A stretch of DNA of 47,004 nucleotides from a virus (IMGVR_UViG_3300025324_000003:1-47004); one strand, 5' to 3'. Numbered from the stretch's first letter, positions 9,809-19,220 are shown. Notes: generated by a model not told the origin, from the sequence alone. Program-made: numbers and translations.

Positions 9809-10267
9809 CTATCTATCAAAACCAGGCACACCAGACGTCGCTGACGAAAGAGCATTGACCTCAGCGAGATGAGACCAATTCTTCGGGAGAGGAGCCCAGT
9901 CCTCGACAGAATTTCGTGGAGGGTCATTGCCATCCCTACCACGATTGGTCGTCCACTTGGCATAGATATAGCGTCCCTTGTATTCGGCAAACTCGACATC
10001 AGCGATTGCCGCCTCGCTCATAGCTGGATTGAACGCCTTTGAGAACGAGACTGCGCCCTGTGGAAATTTCTCGGTGAACCAACACTTAGCCGGAACTCCA
10101 ACGAACTCGGATTTGTTGTCTGCGTTCTCGATGTCAAGGACGATGTTCATTCCGTCCTTTTTCGCGTTGAGTTCCTCCGATACTTCCTTGATTAGAGTCG
10201 GATACCAGCCAGGTTTTACCAACTTGGCCCTCTTGAAATCATCTGGGGTGATTTGCATTCTTGGCAT
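9809..10267 (-). CDS. Putative ssDNA-binding/recombination accessory protein (DUF669-like, tentative)
   Basis: 152-aa ORF immediately downstream of the Sak4-like ATPase. The KPGWYPTLIKEV...KKDGMNIVLDI pattern resembles DUF669 proteins, which usually pair with such ATPases. Confidence 0.5.
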   Translation of the reverse strand: MPRMQITPDDFKRAKLVKPGWYPTLIKEVSEELNAKKDGMNIVLDIENADNKSEFVGVPAKCWFTEKFPQGAVSFSKAFNPAMSEAAIADVEFAEYKGRYIYAKWTTNRGRDGNDPPRNSVEDWAPLPKNWSHLAEVNALSSATSGVPGFDR

Positions 10268-10381
10268 TGTCTTATTTCCTTTGTCCTTTGTTCGTTGACT
10301 TGTTTCGCTTACGTCCTGGAGAGTTTTAGGTTGGTTTTACATCATCTTTTCTTATTCCTCCTTCGAGATACTCTATTTCAC

Positions 10382-11251
10382 TCATACTTTAACCTCCTGT
10401 TGTTTTATTTTTTCTTGAAGCTTAATCTCATACTGTTGTAAATGAAACTGCATGACGTCATAGAGAGGCTTATTGGTAATGTCCATAATTGCTGGAAGGG
10501 GAAGAGCTGTCTTACAAACAATCTCACCCGCGCTCACAGTTTGAACCTTGTATCCTACATCTATCCCAGCAGAACGAGGAGCGTCGGCCCAGAAATAATA
10601 CATCTCATTGAAGTAGTTAGGAAGTAAGGAGACTGTCTTCCAACCATACGTTGCTAGAGACGAGCCCTTAATCATAGAAGCAAGAACCTCATTAGTGGAA
10701 CCCCCTTGCTTTGTGGTCTTCGCAGAATAGACAGGATGAGCTGTGATGATGACATTGCATGGTAATATCTTAAGAATCTCCAGCATCTGTAACATGACCC
10801 CAGTCTCTCCCTTATACTCATCCCAGTCGGGAATCGGCAACCCACCTTTTGTTCTCTTGACGTCATTGGCATGTAACCCCATTTGATGTAGGACTGCGAC
10901 TGCTGAGTATGATGTATAGCTATCGAATGCTATCCAATCATATGGACAACGGTCTTGCAAATCCTCGATCTTCTTACAGCCATCAGTAAAGCCTATGACA
11001 TCCGAACGAACGTCACCATCTAGACCAATGGTCCAATATTCTATGTCTGTTCTCTTAGGATAGAAGAATCTAACTGGAGCAACACGACCATCCCAATCCA
11101 ATATTAGTCCACTACCAGGGAACGAGGCAGCAGCTATAGTCTTTCCTGAACCATTTGCTCCGACAAATAGTCCCATGAAGCGACCACCTAGAATGATATT
11201 TGAAGTCATTGGGCTCATAGATATTTCTCTTTTATTTCGTCGATTAAACAT
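10382..11251 (-). CDS. Sak4-like/AAA_24 RecA-fold ATPase
   Basis: Walker A GANGSGKT followed by LILDWDG. Walker B-like WIAFDSY. The start is uncertain (internal Met residues precede the P-loop). Confidence 0.7.
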   Translation of the reverse strand: MFNRRNKREISMSPMTSNIILGGRFMGLFVGANGSGKTIAAASFPGSGLILDWDGRVAPVRFFYPKRTDIEYWTIGLDGDVRSDVIGFTDGCKKIEDLQDRCPYDWIAFDSYTSYSAVAVLHQMGLHANDVKRTKGGLPIPDWDEYKGETGVMLQMLEILKILPCNVIITAHPVYSAKTTKQGGSTNEVLASMIKGSSLATYGWKTVSLLPNYFNEMYYFWADAPRSAGIDVGYKVQTVSAGEIVCKTALPLPAIMDITNKPLYDVMQFHLQQYEIKLQEKIKQQEVKV

Positions 11252-11330
11252 ACATCAACTAATCTACGATCAGATGCTTCTGTTAGATACCTTCCAATAT
11301 TTCCAATCATGGTCCAAAAGAGTAAACGCA

Positions 11331-11600
11331 TCATAAATTCTCCAGCAAGGAGTCTAAACTCCTAATGATTGGGTCATTTCTATGCTGACAAGAATCACAC
11401 TTGGGTTTTACATAGCGCATCTTCTCTGGGGCCATCACGAAAACCGCGTTACATCTATTACAAATAGACTTACGGCCTCTAATCATCTCATTGTGGACGT
11501 AATGAGGACAGCCTGAGAGAAAGCAGCGCCAGATGATAGTCTTTTTCTTCCCCCACTTGACCTTTCTATACTTATGGACGTGATTATGTTTTTTGCTCAT
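11331..11600 (-). CDS. Cys-rich zinc-finger protein (89 aa)
   Basis: Contains CFLSGCPH, CNRC and CDSC pairs. Basic N-terminus. Confidence 0.6.
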   Translation of the reverse strand: MSKKHNHVHKYRKVKWGKKKTIIWRCFLSGCPHYVHNEMIRGRKSICNRCNAVFVMAPEKMRYVKPKCDSCQHRNDPIIRSLDSLLENL

Positions 11601-11817
11601 TTTTAGATGGTTTCCAGCCCCTAGATACAGCTATTTGTTTCAGTTTGACTATATACCTCTCGACCCAGGCGTCGTGTTCTGGTTCTTCCCCCACGTATGG
11701 GCATCTTTCTATGTCCTTAATGAGTATGTAGTTCATGTAGCTCGTATCTTCTTCTGGTGGTAGTGCTGGCATTCCCCACATCTCTCTAGCAGTATTTCTC
11801 CAATCCCCGTCTTTCAT
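11584..11817 (-). CDS. Hypothetical protein (77 aa)
   Basis: ORF overlapping both neighbours by a few nt, consistent with operon packing. Confidence 0.55.
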   Translation of the reverse strand: MKDGDWRNTAREMWGMPALPPEEDTSYMNYILIKDIERCPYVGEEPEHDAWVERYIVKLKQIAVSRGWKPSKNEQKT

Positions 11818-12779
11818 GTTTCAAGCTCCTCTTCCACCTCATCTCTAGAGTAGGGGTCCCAGGGTTGATCCTTGAAGAAGAATGCCTGAAGTTTATACTC
11901 CCTTATTTCTATTGGAACCTTGCAAACCATCTGGAAGATACAACCAGAGTATTTATCACAAGAAGTTCGATTCTTAGGTAGACTTATAACCTCATTGGAC
12001 TCTAGCTTCCTATGCCACTCGACCGCTTCTTTGACCCTATTTACTGTATCCTTTATCCACTCATCTATTGCAAACTGACCAGAATCATGGACGAGCCTAC
12101 GAAATTTTGACTTGTCTCTACCCTGATCATCAGGCTCATTGTCTTGAGCTTTAACTGTAGTCTGATAACCAATCTTGTCTACTATGACTGGAATTCCGAA
12201 CGCCCACTCGTAGCCCTGAAACTGATTGGAAAGAATGTAGGGATAGGACCGTCTAGACTCTGTCTTCGTATCGACGACTGCTATGCCAATCTTTGGATCT
12301 CTCACACGCGCGTCGATTACACCCTCATAGATGATAATGAGACCATCGTAAATCTTATCGCGTTCTTCACCAACACCCTCAATTGGAGTGCTATCTTCGT
12401 AGAGAATCTTAGAGAATGGCTGTTCTAAATCGAGAATCTCCCAGCCATCATATTGCCAGCGGAGGACATACTCTTTGAATACTCTAATGTCATCTTCAAA
12501 CTCTTCGACTGTGAGATGATAGGTATTTGCCGATGCTACCTTTCCCACGAGAATACACTCATTGACAAGATTACCATGATTCTCTTTGTCAGTATGGCCC
12601 GCTTTCTTACCCTCTCTATATCTCTTGAGCATGGTGTGCATGACTGAGCCACGCTCTAAAGCTAGGGCTTTCCTTAGAGGTCGCCAGTGTCCAATGTGTT
12701 CTAGTCTATATCTCTCCCAACATAAGTCCATAGAGTTTAGAACTTGGGAATCGATTTTGACAGTTAGTTTATCCGACAT
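11814..12779 (-). CDS. PD-(D/E)XK exonuclease, Cas4/RecB-like, with Cys cluster
   Basis: Nuclease core: GVIDARV...VVDTKTE. Also QFQGY, an N-terminal Cys (DLCWERY) and a C-terminal CDKYSGCIFQMVC, typical of Fe-S Cas4-like nucleases. Confidence 0.75.
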   Translation of the reverse strand: MSDKLTVKIDSQVLNSMDLCWERYRLEHIGHWRPLRKALALERGSVMHTMLKRYREGKKAGHTDKENHGNLVNECILVGKVASANTYHLTVEEFEDDIRVFKEYVLRWQYDGWEILDLEQPFSKILYEDSTPIEGVGEERDKIYDGLIIIYEGVIDARVRDPKIGIAVVDTKTESRRSYPYILSNQFQGYEWAFGIPVIVDKIGYQTTVKAQDNEPDDQGRDKSKFRRLVHDSGQFAIDEWIKDTVNRVKEAVEWHRKLESNEVISLPKNRTSCDKYSGCIFQMVCKVPIEIREYKLQAFFFKDQPWDPYSRDEVEEELET

Positions 12780-13071
12780 TTATATTCCTACTTATCCTTT
12801 TGATGAGTTCGTGGATTTTCGTGTTTGTCTGATCTATATACTCATGACTTAAATGCTCATATAGCTCACGCGCTGTATCTATGTCTATCTCGATATACTT
12901 AGCGCGTTCCTTAATCTCTAAATCTCGGCCTTTCTTATAGCCGAAATCATAACACTCAATGTATTTCTTCTTTCGAGCTAAGCCTTTTCTCCTTGACCCA
13001 CTCTTCGAGGATTGTGAGGGTTTCTTCTTGGTTGATCGACGTCGCGGCGAAGACGATAAACGGCTTACCAT
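12769..13071 (-). CDS. Hypothetical protein; start uncertain
   Basis: ORF with a basic, low-complexity N-terminus that overlaps 12956..13204 by 116 nt. There is no internal ATG/GTG/TTG near the upstream stop. Confidence 0.4.
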   Translation of the reverse strand: MVSRLSSSPRRRSTKKKPSQSSKSGSRRKGLARKKKYIECYDFGYKKGRDLEIKERAKYIEIDIDTARELYEHLSHEYIDQTNTKIHELIKRISRNINVG

Positions 13072-13204
13072 ATTTCACCATCATGAAAATGAAACCACAA
13101 TCTTCAGGTATGACCCTTTGTATCCCATATCCTATACCTTGCAGGATTTTCTCGTAGTAAAATGGATCGTCCTTGTCTATCTTATTTATCGGTTCTTCAG
13201 CCAT
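12956..13204 (-). CDS. Hypothetical protein (82 aa)
   Basis: ORF in the operon. No motif recognised. Confidence 0.5.
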   Translation of the reverse strand: MAEEPINKIDKDDPFYYEKILQGIGYGIQRVIPEDCGFIFMMVKYGKPFIVFAATSINQEETLTILEEWVKEKRLSSKEEIH

Positions 13205-13683
13205 GAGTTTAATCCTTCGGTCTCATCTTCTTTCTCTAGCTCTAGTTTCTTACTGATACGACTAGCTACACGACGCCGATTAGTGTTATGAGAAGGAGAA
13301 TCGGAGTAAATATAACCTTTATCATCGTCTCGCTCTACCCCGGCCTCTCTAGCCTTCTGAACCCACCAATCTCTTGGAATGGCTCGGACCTTATCATACA
13401 AAGCACAACAAATTATGCCTTCTATGCAAAGGTTCCAGTCTGTGTTTCCAACCTCACCTAATGCTCCCTCTCTAAATGGTCTGACGTATATCTTGTTGCG
13501 ATCATTCTCGTGGCATTTATCACAACAAATTAGACCTATGCCTACCATTCTTGGCTTGGCATAGTCTGGGAGGAGCTGAGCCTCTAACTTCTCCTGCTCG
13601 ATGAAATATTCAATAAAAGTCTTACACTCGACAAAAAGCGTGCTCATATCTCTCAGCTTAATTTGAGGATTGTGACTGCTCAC
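13186..13683 (-). CDS. Hypothetical Cys-rich protein (165 aa)
   Basis: ORF with CCDKCH and CIEGIICC motifs. Function unknown. Confidence 0.6.
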   Translation of the reverse strand: MSSHNPQIKLRDMSTLFVECKTFIEYFIEQEKLEAQLLPDYAKPRMVGIGLICCDKCHENDRNKIYVRPFREGALGEVGNTDWNLCIEGIICCALYDKVRAIPRDWWVQKAREAGVERDDDKGYIYSDSPSHNTNRRRVASRISKKLELEKEDETEGLNSWLKNR

Positions 13684-13867
13684 CTTCTATCTTTCCTAGG
13701 ATTAAAGTTAGAGCTCTTCGGTTTTCATAGCATGTAGCTTCTACACAATATTTCCAGTAGTGAGACTTGTGAGCGTCACTGTTAATCATGTTCGCTAGGA
13801 CGTGATAAGCCTGAGACGTCTCATTATGCAGACTAACTAAATCGTGAAAGAGAGCTTCACATATCAT
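13658..13867 (-). CDS. Hypothetical protein (69 aa)
   Basis: ORF abutting the upstream gene (ATG overlaps the stop). Confidence 0.5.
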   Translation of the reverse strand: MICEALFHDLVSLHNETSQAYHVLANMINSDAHKSHYWKYCVEATCYENRRALTLILGKIEGEQSQSSN

Positions 13868-14082
13868 TACTTGACCCTCCTTAACTTCTTCTCGGTCTCG
13901 TAATAACTCTCATGCTTTTTGATACCAAAGGCGTCAGCTAGGACGGTAGCTATAACCCAGCTCCTACTGACACCATAGCTTCTACCTAATCTCTCTACTT
14001 CTATCTTTATTTCATGTAGGACACAAGATGGAAGTGGGTCTCTACCGCCCTTGACTGGACTTTGCCTCCTGATTTTCGTCAT
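13867..14082 (-). CDS. Putative ribbon-helix-helix DNA-binding protein
   Basis: The segment CVLHEIKIEVERLGRSYGVSRSWVIATVLADAFG resembles the CopG/Arc RHH pattern (beta strand, then GxSRS helix). Confidence 0.5.
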   Translation of the reverse strand: MTKIRRQSPVKGGRDPLPSCVLHEIKIEVERLGRSYGVSRSWVIATVLADAFGIKKHESYYETEKKLRRVK

Positions 14083-14318
14083 TAGATACTCCTTATGAGC
14101 TTGGAGACTAATTGGACGAGGTCAGCCTGAGAAAGTCTGAGGAGAATGCTTTTATCCTCCCTCTTAGAGTATCTTCTAACGATGCGCTCAGCTCGATTCA
14201 TCTTTTTCCCTTTCCTCTTCGTCCGCGCACCCTTAATGATAGCTAGTCTTAGCTTCTCCTTGTTCTTAGGATCTTGCACCCAGCGGTGATATTTCTTATC
14301 CAGTCCATACTTAGCCAT
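14082..14318 (-). CDS. Small basic protein (78 aa)
   Basis: Lys/Arg-rich ORF. Its stop overlaps the next start. Confidence 0.5.
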   Translation of the reverse strand: MAKYGLDKKYHRWVQDPKNKEKLRLAIIKGARTKRKGKKMNRAERIVRRYSKREDKSILLRLSQADLVQLVSKLIRSI

Positions 14319-14446
14319 GAGTTATAGACTCCAGATGAAAGTTAAAAAATGCAGTCGAGTCGGACTTCGTAGTCCGTGATGGGTAACGGAGACCAAGCCT
14401 TACGACTTAGTCAATCCGACCCGACCACCTTGTTGGGGATATCTAT

Positions 14447-15100
14447 TCATCCCTCATCTTTATCTACCCTTCTTAAGACTATCGTTGGCCAGCCTGAGCT
14501 CTTTAGAGGATCATTCTGTCGAGCTTTGATTACATCTAACTTCTCTTGCTGTCCGATAGCATGACCTAGAAGGAGCTTAACCCCTGCTTCGATTCTAGCA
14601 CAGTCTGCTCTCGTTGTAGCTATAACTTTACGAAGCTCGTCCATCATCTTATCGTTAAATACTTCCCAGGCAATTTTTTCAGCATCGTCATCATCTCTTG
14701 GAGATGGAGTAGTTGGAGATGGAGTAGAAGGAGAGTCAGTAGGAAGAGGCAGACCACTCCTGAGCCAGTCAAGTGGAAATACCTTAATGAAAAATTGGCC
14801 GGCCACATCTGGATAAGTTGGTGGAGAACTAGGATAGACCTGGACGCTTCTATCCGTCCCATTCTGCCAGTCCCATATATCCATACTGCGAGTGGTTTTG
14901 AGATACGCTATAGAATCCTTAGACTGAGGATGATGGGAGGACTGTGATTTGGTCCCCCATAGAGGTCCAAGCCGCGCACAAATGGTCTGAGCTATCTTAT
15001 AAGTTAACTGACGCCTCTCAACATCACCACCGACTGCGAGCTTGTCATACTTTTCTCTCATCTCGACTATGATGTTGAAGGCTACTTGTGGTAGGTTCAT
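14447..15100 (-). CDS. Hypothetical protein with Pro/Ser/Thr-rich linker
   Basis: The longest ORF starts at 15124. The ATG at 15100 (MNLPQ) has a GAGGGG Shine-Dalgarno. The linker reads PTDSPSTPSPTTPSPRDDDD. Confidence 0.55.
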   Translation of the reverse strand: MNLPQVAFNIIVEMREKYDKLAVGGDVERRQLTYKIAQTICARLGPLWGTKSQSSHHPQSKDSIAYLKTTRSMDIWDWQNGTDRSVQVYPSSPPTYPDVAGQFFIKVFPLDWLRSGLPLPTDSPSTPSPTTPSPRDDDDAEKIAWEVFNDKMMDELRKVIATTRADCARIEAGVKLLLGHAIGQQEKLDVIKARQNDPLKSSGWPTIVLRRVDKDEG

Positions 15101-15326
15101 TTTGATTATCCCCTCTCTCTCCATTAAAGTCGTATGAAGCTAGATATTCACTTTTCCAGTGATAGAAACAGAGAAACCTTGGTCTGCTACCACCCAATCT
15201 TATAGCACACCACGGACTCCCACATAGCACACATTTCTTATTTGCTGGTTTGACTAGCATCGGCTTGCTTCCTGCTCCGCCGACTTTCTCAAATGGTCTG
15301 CGAAGGGCTAGGATAGTCTTTCTCAA
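15045..15326 (-). CDS. Possible small zinc-ribbon protein; boundaries uncertain
   Basis: TTG start at 15326, or ATG at 15260 with an AGGAAG Shine-Dalgarno. Contains CVLCGSPWC...CFYH. It overlaps the downstream gene by more than 50 nt. Confidence 0.35.
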   Translation of the reverse strand: MRKTILALRRPFEKVGGAGSKPMLVKPANKKCVLCGSPWCAIRLGGSRPRFLCFYHWKSEYLASYDFNGERGDNQNEPTTSSLQHHSRDERKV

Positions 15327-15443
15327 GGACCATCCTAGCTTGAGAGTCAGCCACTGTATTGTAACCTCATCGTAACCTTTAGCTTTCTAGTTTATTCCAT
15401 CCTTCATCTTACGTCTCTCTATGAGGGACAGAGGATAGTTACA

Positions 15444-15851
15444 CTAGATCGCTTCGAGATACGTGTCGAGTAGGCTAGCTCGACATTCAATAATTTTATT
15501 CATTTTCAAAATTATATCATCAATTTTCAATCTATTACCATAGACACGGTCTATGACGAGTCTACCCTTCTCGTCCAGGTGAACAAAACAACGACCCATG
15601 AAGTTCCCATGCTTGTCTGGTGTGTAGATGATTGCCCAATCCTGATCCAAGCATCGTCGATGTAATTGGTCATTCACAAGACCACCTCTCCGAAAACAAC
15701 TAATAAAGTGACAGGTTTTACCATTGAACTCAGACGCGCGTAGGATGTCCTTAAAGCGACAGGAGAGCTTGAATTTGTAGGGTCCGACATCATACCAGCC
15801 CTCTAAGGCAAGTAGCTCTCTGCGACGCCTGACTAGACCTGTCTTATACAT
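15444..15851 (-). CDS. Hypothetical protein (135 aa)
   Basis: ORF whose start overlaps the stop of the tiny upstream ORF (TAATG). Confidence 0.6.
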   Translation of the reverse strand: MYKTGLVRRRRELLALEGWYDVGPYKFKLSCRFKDILRASEFNGKTCHFISCFRRGGLVNDQLHRRCLDQDWAIIYTPDKHGNFMGRCFVHLDEKGRLVIDRVYGNRLKIDDIILKMNKIIECRASLLDTYLEAI

Positions 15852-15943
15852 TAGAGCCGACTGATGATGGCATAGAGTAAGAGGGAGAAAACCGCTGCTG
15901 CTAGTAATTCCACATCATGACGATTGAATGGCCAGAGCCTCAT
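15851..15943 (-). CDS. Tiny membrane ORF (30 aa)
   Basis: Own translation: MRLWPFNRHDVELLAAAVFSLLLYAIISRL. It is coupled by ATGA to the SNF2 stop and by TAATG to the next start. Confidence 0.4.
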   Translation of the reverse strand: MRLWPFNRHDVELLAAAVFSLLLYAIISRL

Positions 15944-17589
15944 GCTATCTTCCACTTCTTTAAGCCCTTAGTCTGGAGAACCTTAACTAACTCCATGATG
16001 AGAGACCCCTCGTCCCATTGGATCTCAACGCCGTCTAAAGTCTGAGACATGTTTCGACGCTTAGACTCTACGATATCCGTGAGAAAATCGTCTATGGTTC
16101 CAGCGGCGATTAAATAGTGAGCATTAATCTTATCTGCTGTTGATCCTGGTCTAGGAAAGCGACCCTCGGCTTGTTCCTCAGCGGAAGGATTCCATTGCCG
16201 TTCCATGATAAGACAATCGGAGCAAAATTGCAGGTTTAGTCCTTCTCCTGCGACCATTGTCGATGCTACCATGAGACGATTTTTGGGCTCCTTAAACTCC
16301 TCGACCATCGCTACACGTTGTTCCATGTTTAGGGCAGAGTGTAATTGTAAAGGAGGAGCAAATGCACCATCCTTGCAAAGCTGGTCTAACTTCTTCATGA
16401 GAATAGTGCCGGCCATCTGATGATGTAAGAAAACTACGAGTTTTCTTTCGCTTTCTAACAAAAACTCCTCTATAAACTCGAGAGCTGCGTTGACCTTCGC
16501 TATACCAGTGATATGACGCATCTTAGAGAGATAGCCAAGAATATCAGTCGGAAGCATAGGAGTTTCTGCCTCCATAGCTTCCTGGAACTCTTGGACTATC
16601 TTAATATATGCGTCTAGCTCACCACCTTCGATCTCAGCGAGTCTGAATTGCCTAAAGACCTTCGGTAAGTCAGGAAGAACATCTTCTCGTTTATATCGAA
16701 TGATAAAATCTTTGGTTAACTCTTTGAAACGTGTAGGATTCCTCAATCCCATGATTTTACCAGACATGGGATTAATCTCACAGTGTTGGACCTGAAATGT
16801 AGATTGATGAGGAAATAGCTCAGGTCGAGTCAAATTGAGAGTTACAAAGAACTCGCCAGCGTGCTTCTCTATGTTCGTCCCCGACATGCAGATGACGCGA
16901 GCCTTGCTTCCATTGTTAGCAGATGATACAATTTTACGGAGAGCCTGAGTTCTTGATGCTCCTGGATTTTTAATCTTCTGAGACTCGTCAACGATAATAC
17001 ACTTGAACCGCGCGCAGATATCGTCGGTCCAGATGATTGGTCTGTCTTTTTTCGGAGCTTTGCGGCCAGACATCTCAGCCTTCATCACATCCCAATCACT
17101 GACTACTTTCACGTCGGGACGCAGTAATCTTAAAGTGTCAACACTGACAATCACTACGTCAAAATAGTCGAAATAGGGAATTTCCTTAGACGATGTTATA
17201 ACCTGAGCACCCATACCAGCCCATCTGATTAGCTCAGCAAACCATTGTGAGCGTAGACCGCTCTTCACTACAATCAGAGCAGGTAGTAAATCCTTGTTTC
17301 TTTTTAGTAAAGCACAGGCTATGACCGTCTTACCTAGTCCTTGCTCGTGCAGGACCATCCCATTACAGTCAGCATCTTCCATGAACGTGATAGTCTCTTT
17401 TTGGAAAGGGAATAGGCTACGACCATCACTTGAGACTATGTCTATCTTGTCTGGAGCAAGTGCAGCATGAATGAGAGTATGACCACATTCGAGACTGACC
17501 CAGATTTCATTGTCAAAGGTCTCGCGAGATTGCTCGACTGCGAGCTTTCCGCAGAACTCGCATTTCGTCTGGAGGATTGTCTTAGGCAC
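15940..17589 (-). CDS. SNF2-family helicase with N-terminal zinc ribbon
   Basis: Motif I: HEQGLGKTV. Motif II: VDESQKIKN. C-terminal motifs: AGEGLNLQ and WNPSAEEQAEGR. The GTG at 17589 has a perfect AGGAGG 6 nt upstream; the longest ORF extends to the ATG at 17640. Confidence 0.85.
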   Translation of the reverse strand: MPKTILQTKCEFCGKLAVEQSRETFDNEIWVSLECGHTLIHAALAPDKIDIVSSDGRSLFPFQKETITFMEDADCNGMVLHEQGLGKTVIACALLKRNKDLLPALIVVKSGLRSQWFAELIRWAGMGAQVITSSKEIPYFDYFDVVIVSVDTLRLLRPDVKVVSDWDVMKAEMSGRKAPKKDRPIIWTDDICARFKCIIVDESQKIKNPGASRTQALRKIVSSANNGSKARVICMSGTNIEKHAGEFFVTLNLTRPELFPHQSTFQVQHCEINPMSGKIMGLRNPTRFKELTKDFIIRYKREDVLPDLPKVFRQFRLAEIEGGELDAYIKIVQEFQEAMEAETPMLPTDILGYLSKMRHITGIAKVNAALEFIEEFLLESERKLVVFLHHQMAGTILMKKLDQLCKDGAFAPPLQLHSALNMEQRVAMVEEFKEPKNRLMVASTMVAGEGLNLQFCSDCLIMERQWNPSAEEQAEGRFPRPGSTADKINAHYLIAAGTIDDFLTDIVESKRRNMSQTLDGVEIQWDEGSLIMELVKVLQTKGLKKWKIA

Positions 17590-17767
17590 GAGTATCCTCC
17601 TGGCTCGGGTGGATGTGAACTCTAATCTGACTGGTCGCATTAAAGGCTTGCTCTAGTTCGAGCAGCCTCTCAACGACTAGTGTATTCCATTCCTTCTCGG
17701 ATATAGAATGAGACGTGAAGAATTCGAGCCTGAAGATTTTCGTCCTTTTTGGATTTATCTCACACAT
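17582..17767 (-). CDS. Hypothetical protein (61 aa)
   Basis: ORF ending 7 nt inside the GTG-started helicase gene. Confidence 0.45.
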   Translation of the reverse strand: MCEINPKRTKIFRLEFFTSHSISEKEWNTLVVERLLELEQAFNATSQIRVHIHPSQEDTRA

Positions 17768-17803
17768 TATTCAGCTCCTAGTAAGACTCCTGGAAAATGC
17801 TCG

Positions 17804-18661
17804 CTAAGCGAACAATTTTTCCACATATGCCAGTGTAGTCGAGTCTAGAAGTTCCATCGTTCTAAGCTTGTCGAGAATCATGTCCTTTGACGCGCTGAGA
17901 GATATGAGTGTATCAATAGCTTTTCTCTGTTTTGCGTTTAGTCCCGTGGCCTGTGTGACCGTTGATTTGGCTGACTTAGCAGATGCCTTGCGGGACGACT
18001 TAATCTTAAACTTGCTGTCTAGCTCTAACAGCTCTGCGCGTCTCTCGGCTGTCTCAGCTTGCAATAGGTCGAATAAACGTGTTCGGTGTCCCTGTTGCAT
18101 CATCCGTATCAGAGGGACTACTCTATCCAGACTGTGATAGTGTGTGATTATTTGCTCTGGTAAGGCTGTAAGAACGTCGAAGCGTGTAGTGAAGACCTTC
18201 TTCAGGACTTCCTCCACTAATATCTCGACCGTCTTTTCGGGATGGTCATAAGTCATTTGCATGACTTTGATAGATTCCGGGTCTATTTCTGCTGGTTTGG
18301 TTTTTTCTGTGAGGTATTTATGTCCTTCGACTCCACGTATTACTAGTTCAGTTTGCCTTTCGTCCACATTTTGAGCAGACGGCAATCCGTGTTGAGATAC
18401 GATTTCGGGAGTCTGAGATTCTACTACGCACGACGACCTGTCCTCCACATCTTCGGCACGCGGCGTGCTTTGTAGGAGAGAAAAGCTCTCGCTCGTCTCT
18501 ACTGGAATCTCGTCTACTGGAATCTCGACAATCTCGACCTCGTTCATTTCTGAAACTGGCCTGGATATGCATTCTTCCACCTTCTTAGAGAGATAAGACT
18601 CAAAGTCCATCTCCGGGTCAGACGAGCTATCGTCTCGTCTTAGGAATCCGTCATGTTCCAT
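17804..18661 (-). CDS. Hypothetical protein with acidic N-terminus (285 aa); first gene of the leftward arm
   Basis: Long ORF next to the control region. No motif recognised. Confidence 0.65.
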   Translation of the reverse strand: MEHDGFLRRDDSSSDPEMDFESYLSKKVEECISRPVSEMNEVEIVEIPVDEIPVETSESFSLLQSTPRAEDVEDRSSCVVESQTPEIVSQHGLPSAQNVDERQTELVIRGVEGHKYLTEKTKPAEIDPESIKVMQMTYDHPEKTVEILVEEVLKKVFTTRFDVLTALPEQIITHYHSLDRVVPLIRMMQQGHRTRLFDLLQAETAERRAELLELDSKFKIKSSRKASAKSAKSTVTQATGLNAKQRKAIDTLISLSASKDMILDKLRTMELLDSTTLAYVEKLFA

Positions 18662-18814
18662 ATGCTCCTCCCATCCTATATCTACGGTTTGTTATTGACT
18701 AGTGATACCAGCTTTCAGCCGCTCCGGACCGGCCTTATGTGCGGAAAGGGCACCACCCTGATCAAGTGTAACATGGGTGTCAAGCACTACATATAGGGGC
18801 GAAAGGAAAGCGAA

Positions 18815-18828
18815 TACTACATGTAGTA
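18815..18828. promoter_or_regulatory. Perfect 14-bp palindrome TACTACATGTAGTA (candidate operator)
   Basis: The sequence is self-complementary. The core CATGTAG recurs at 19652 and 19685, the latter just before the ATG at 19693. Confidence 0.35.
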
Positions 18829-18860
18829 GTTTTGCGAAAAACGTAAAACTTAAATTCTAT

Positions 18861-19220
18861 CAGGTTTCCTACAACTCCCTACCCCTTTTCCTACAGGATT
18901 CTAGCAGAAATTTCTACAGTTAAACCCTTTAAAACCATAGGCTTCGCAGATCAGGGTAAGGGTAGGTCCCCCCCTCTCCCCCCTGACCCTACCTGCCTAG
19001 AACCTGCGAGCTCTGTCTTGTATCTGTATTATATATATATATATATAAGACTAAAGACCTAAGAGCCGGAGTGTGGCTAAAAAGCTACAGGGGAGAGGGG
19101 GGTCCACCTACCTACCCGATCCGGGTAAGCTGCTGATCTGGTTTGGTTTAGCTTGGAAAAAACTGTAAGAAACCTGATGGGGAATTGTAAGAAAAGGGAT
19201 AGGGAGTTGTAAAAAACCTG
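18861..19220. repeat. ~360-bp imperfect inverted repeat centred on (TA)9; candidate origin or bidirectional control element
   Basis: Left arm caggtttcctacaactccctaccccttttcctaca... matches the reverse complement of the right arm, caggttttttacaactccctatcccttttcttaca.... Each arm has 3 TYYTACAR boxes about 22 nt apart and a CCCCCTCTCCCC tract. The centre is the TA run at 19029-19047. Confidence 0.8.

Noticed and set aside
10337-10363. Minus-strand AAGGAGG followed by ATGATGTAA (a start-stop mini-ORF) between the ATPase and the DUF669-like gene
   Set aside because: The Shine-Dalgarno to ATG spacing is about 11 nt and the element is only two codons long. It cannot be distinguished from chance without expression data.
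14340-14446. Hairpin CGGACT-tcgt-AGTCCG in the 128-nt gap between minus-strand genes, as a terminator
   Set aside because: On the transcribed strand the stem is only 6 bp and is separated from the T run by 10 nt. Support is weak.
17806-17817. The 11-mer AGCGAACAATT occurring three times (about 17806, 20972, 33000)
   Set aside because: A back-of-envelope estimate gives hundreds of chance 11-mer pairs and several chance triples in 94 kb of two-strand sequence. Two of the copies also lie inside coding regions.
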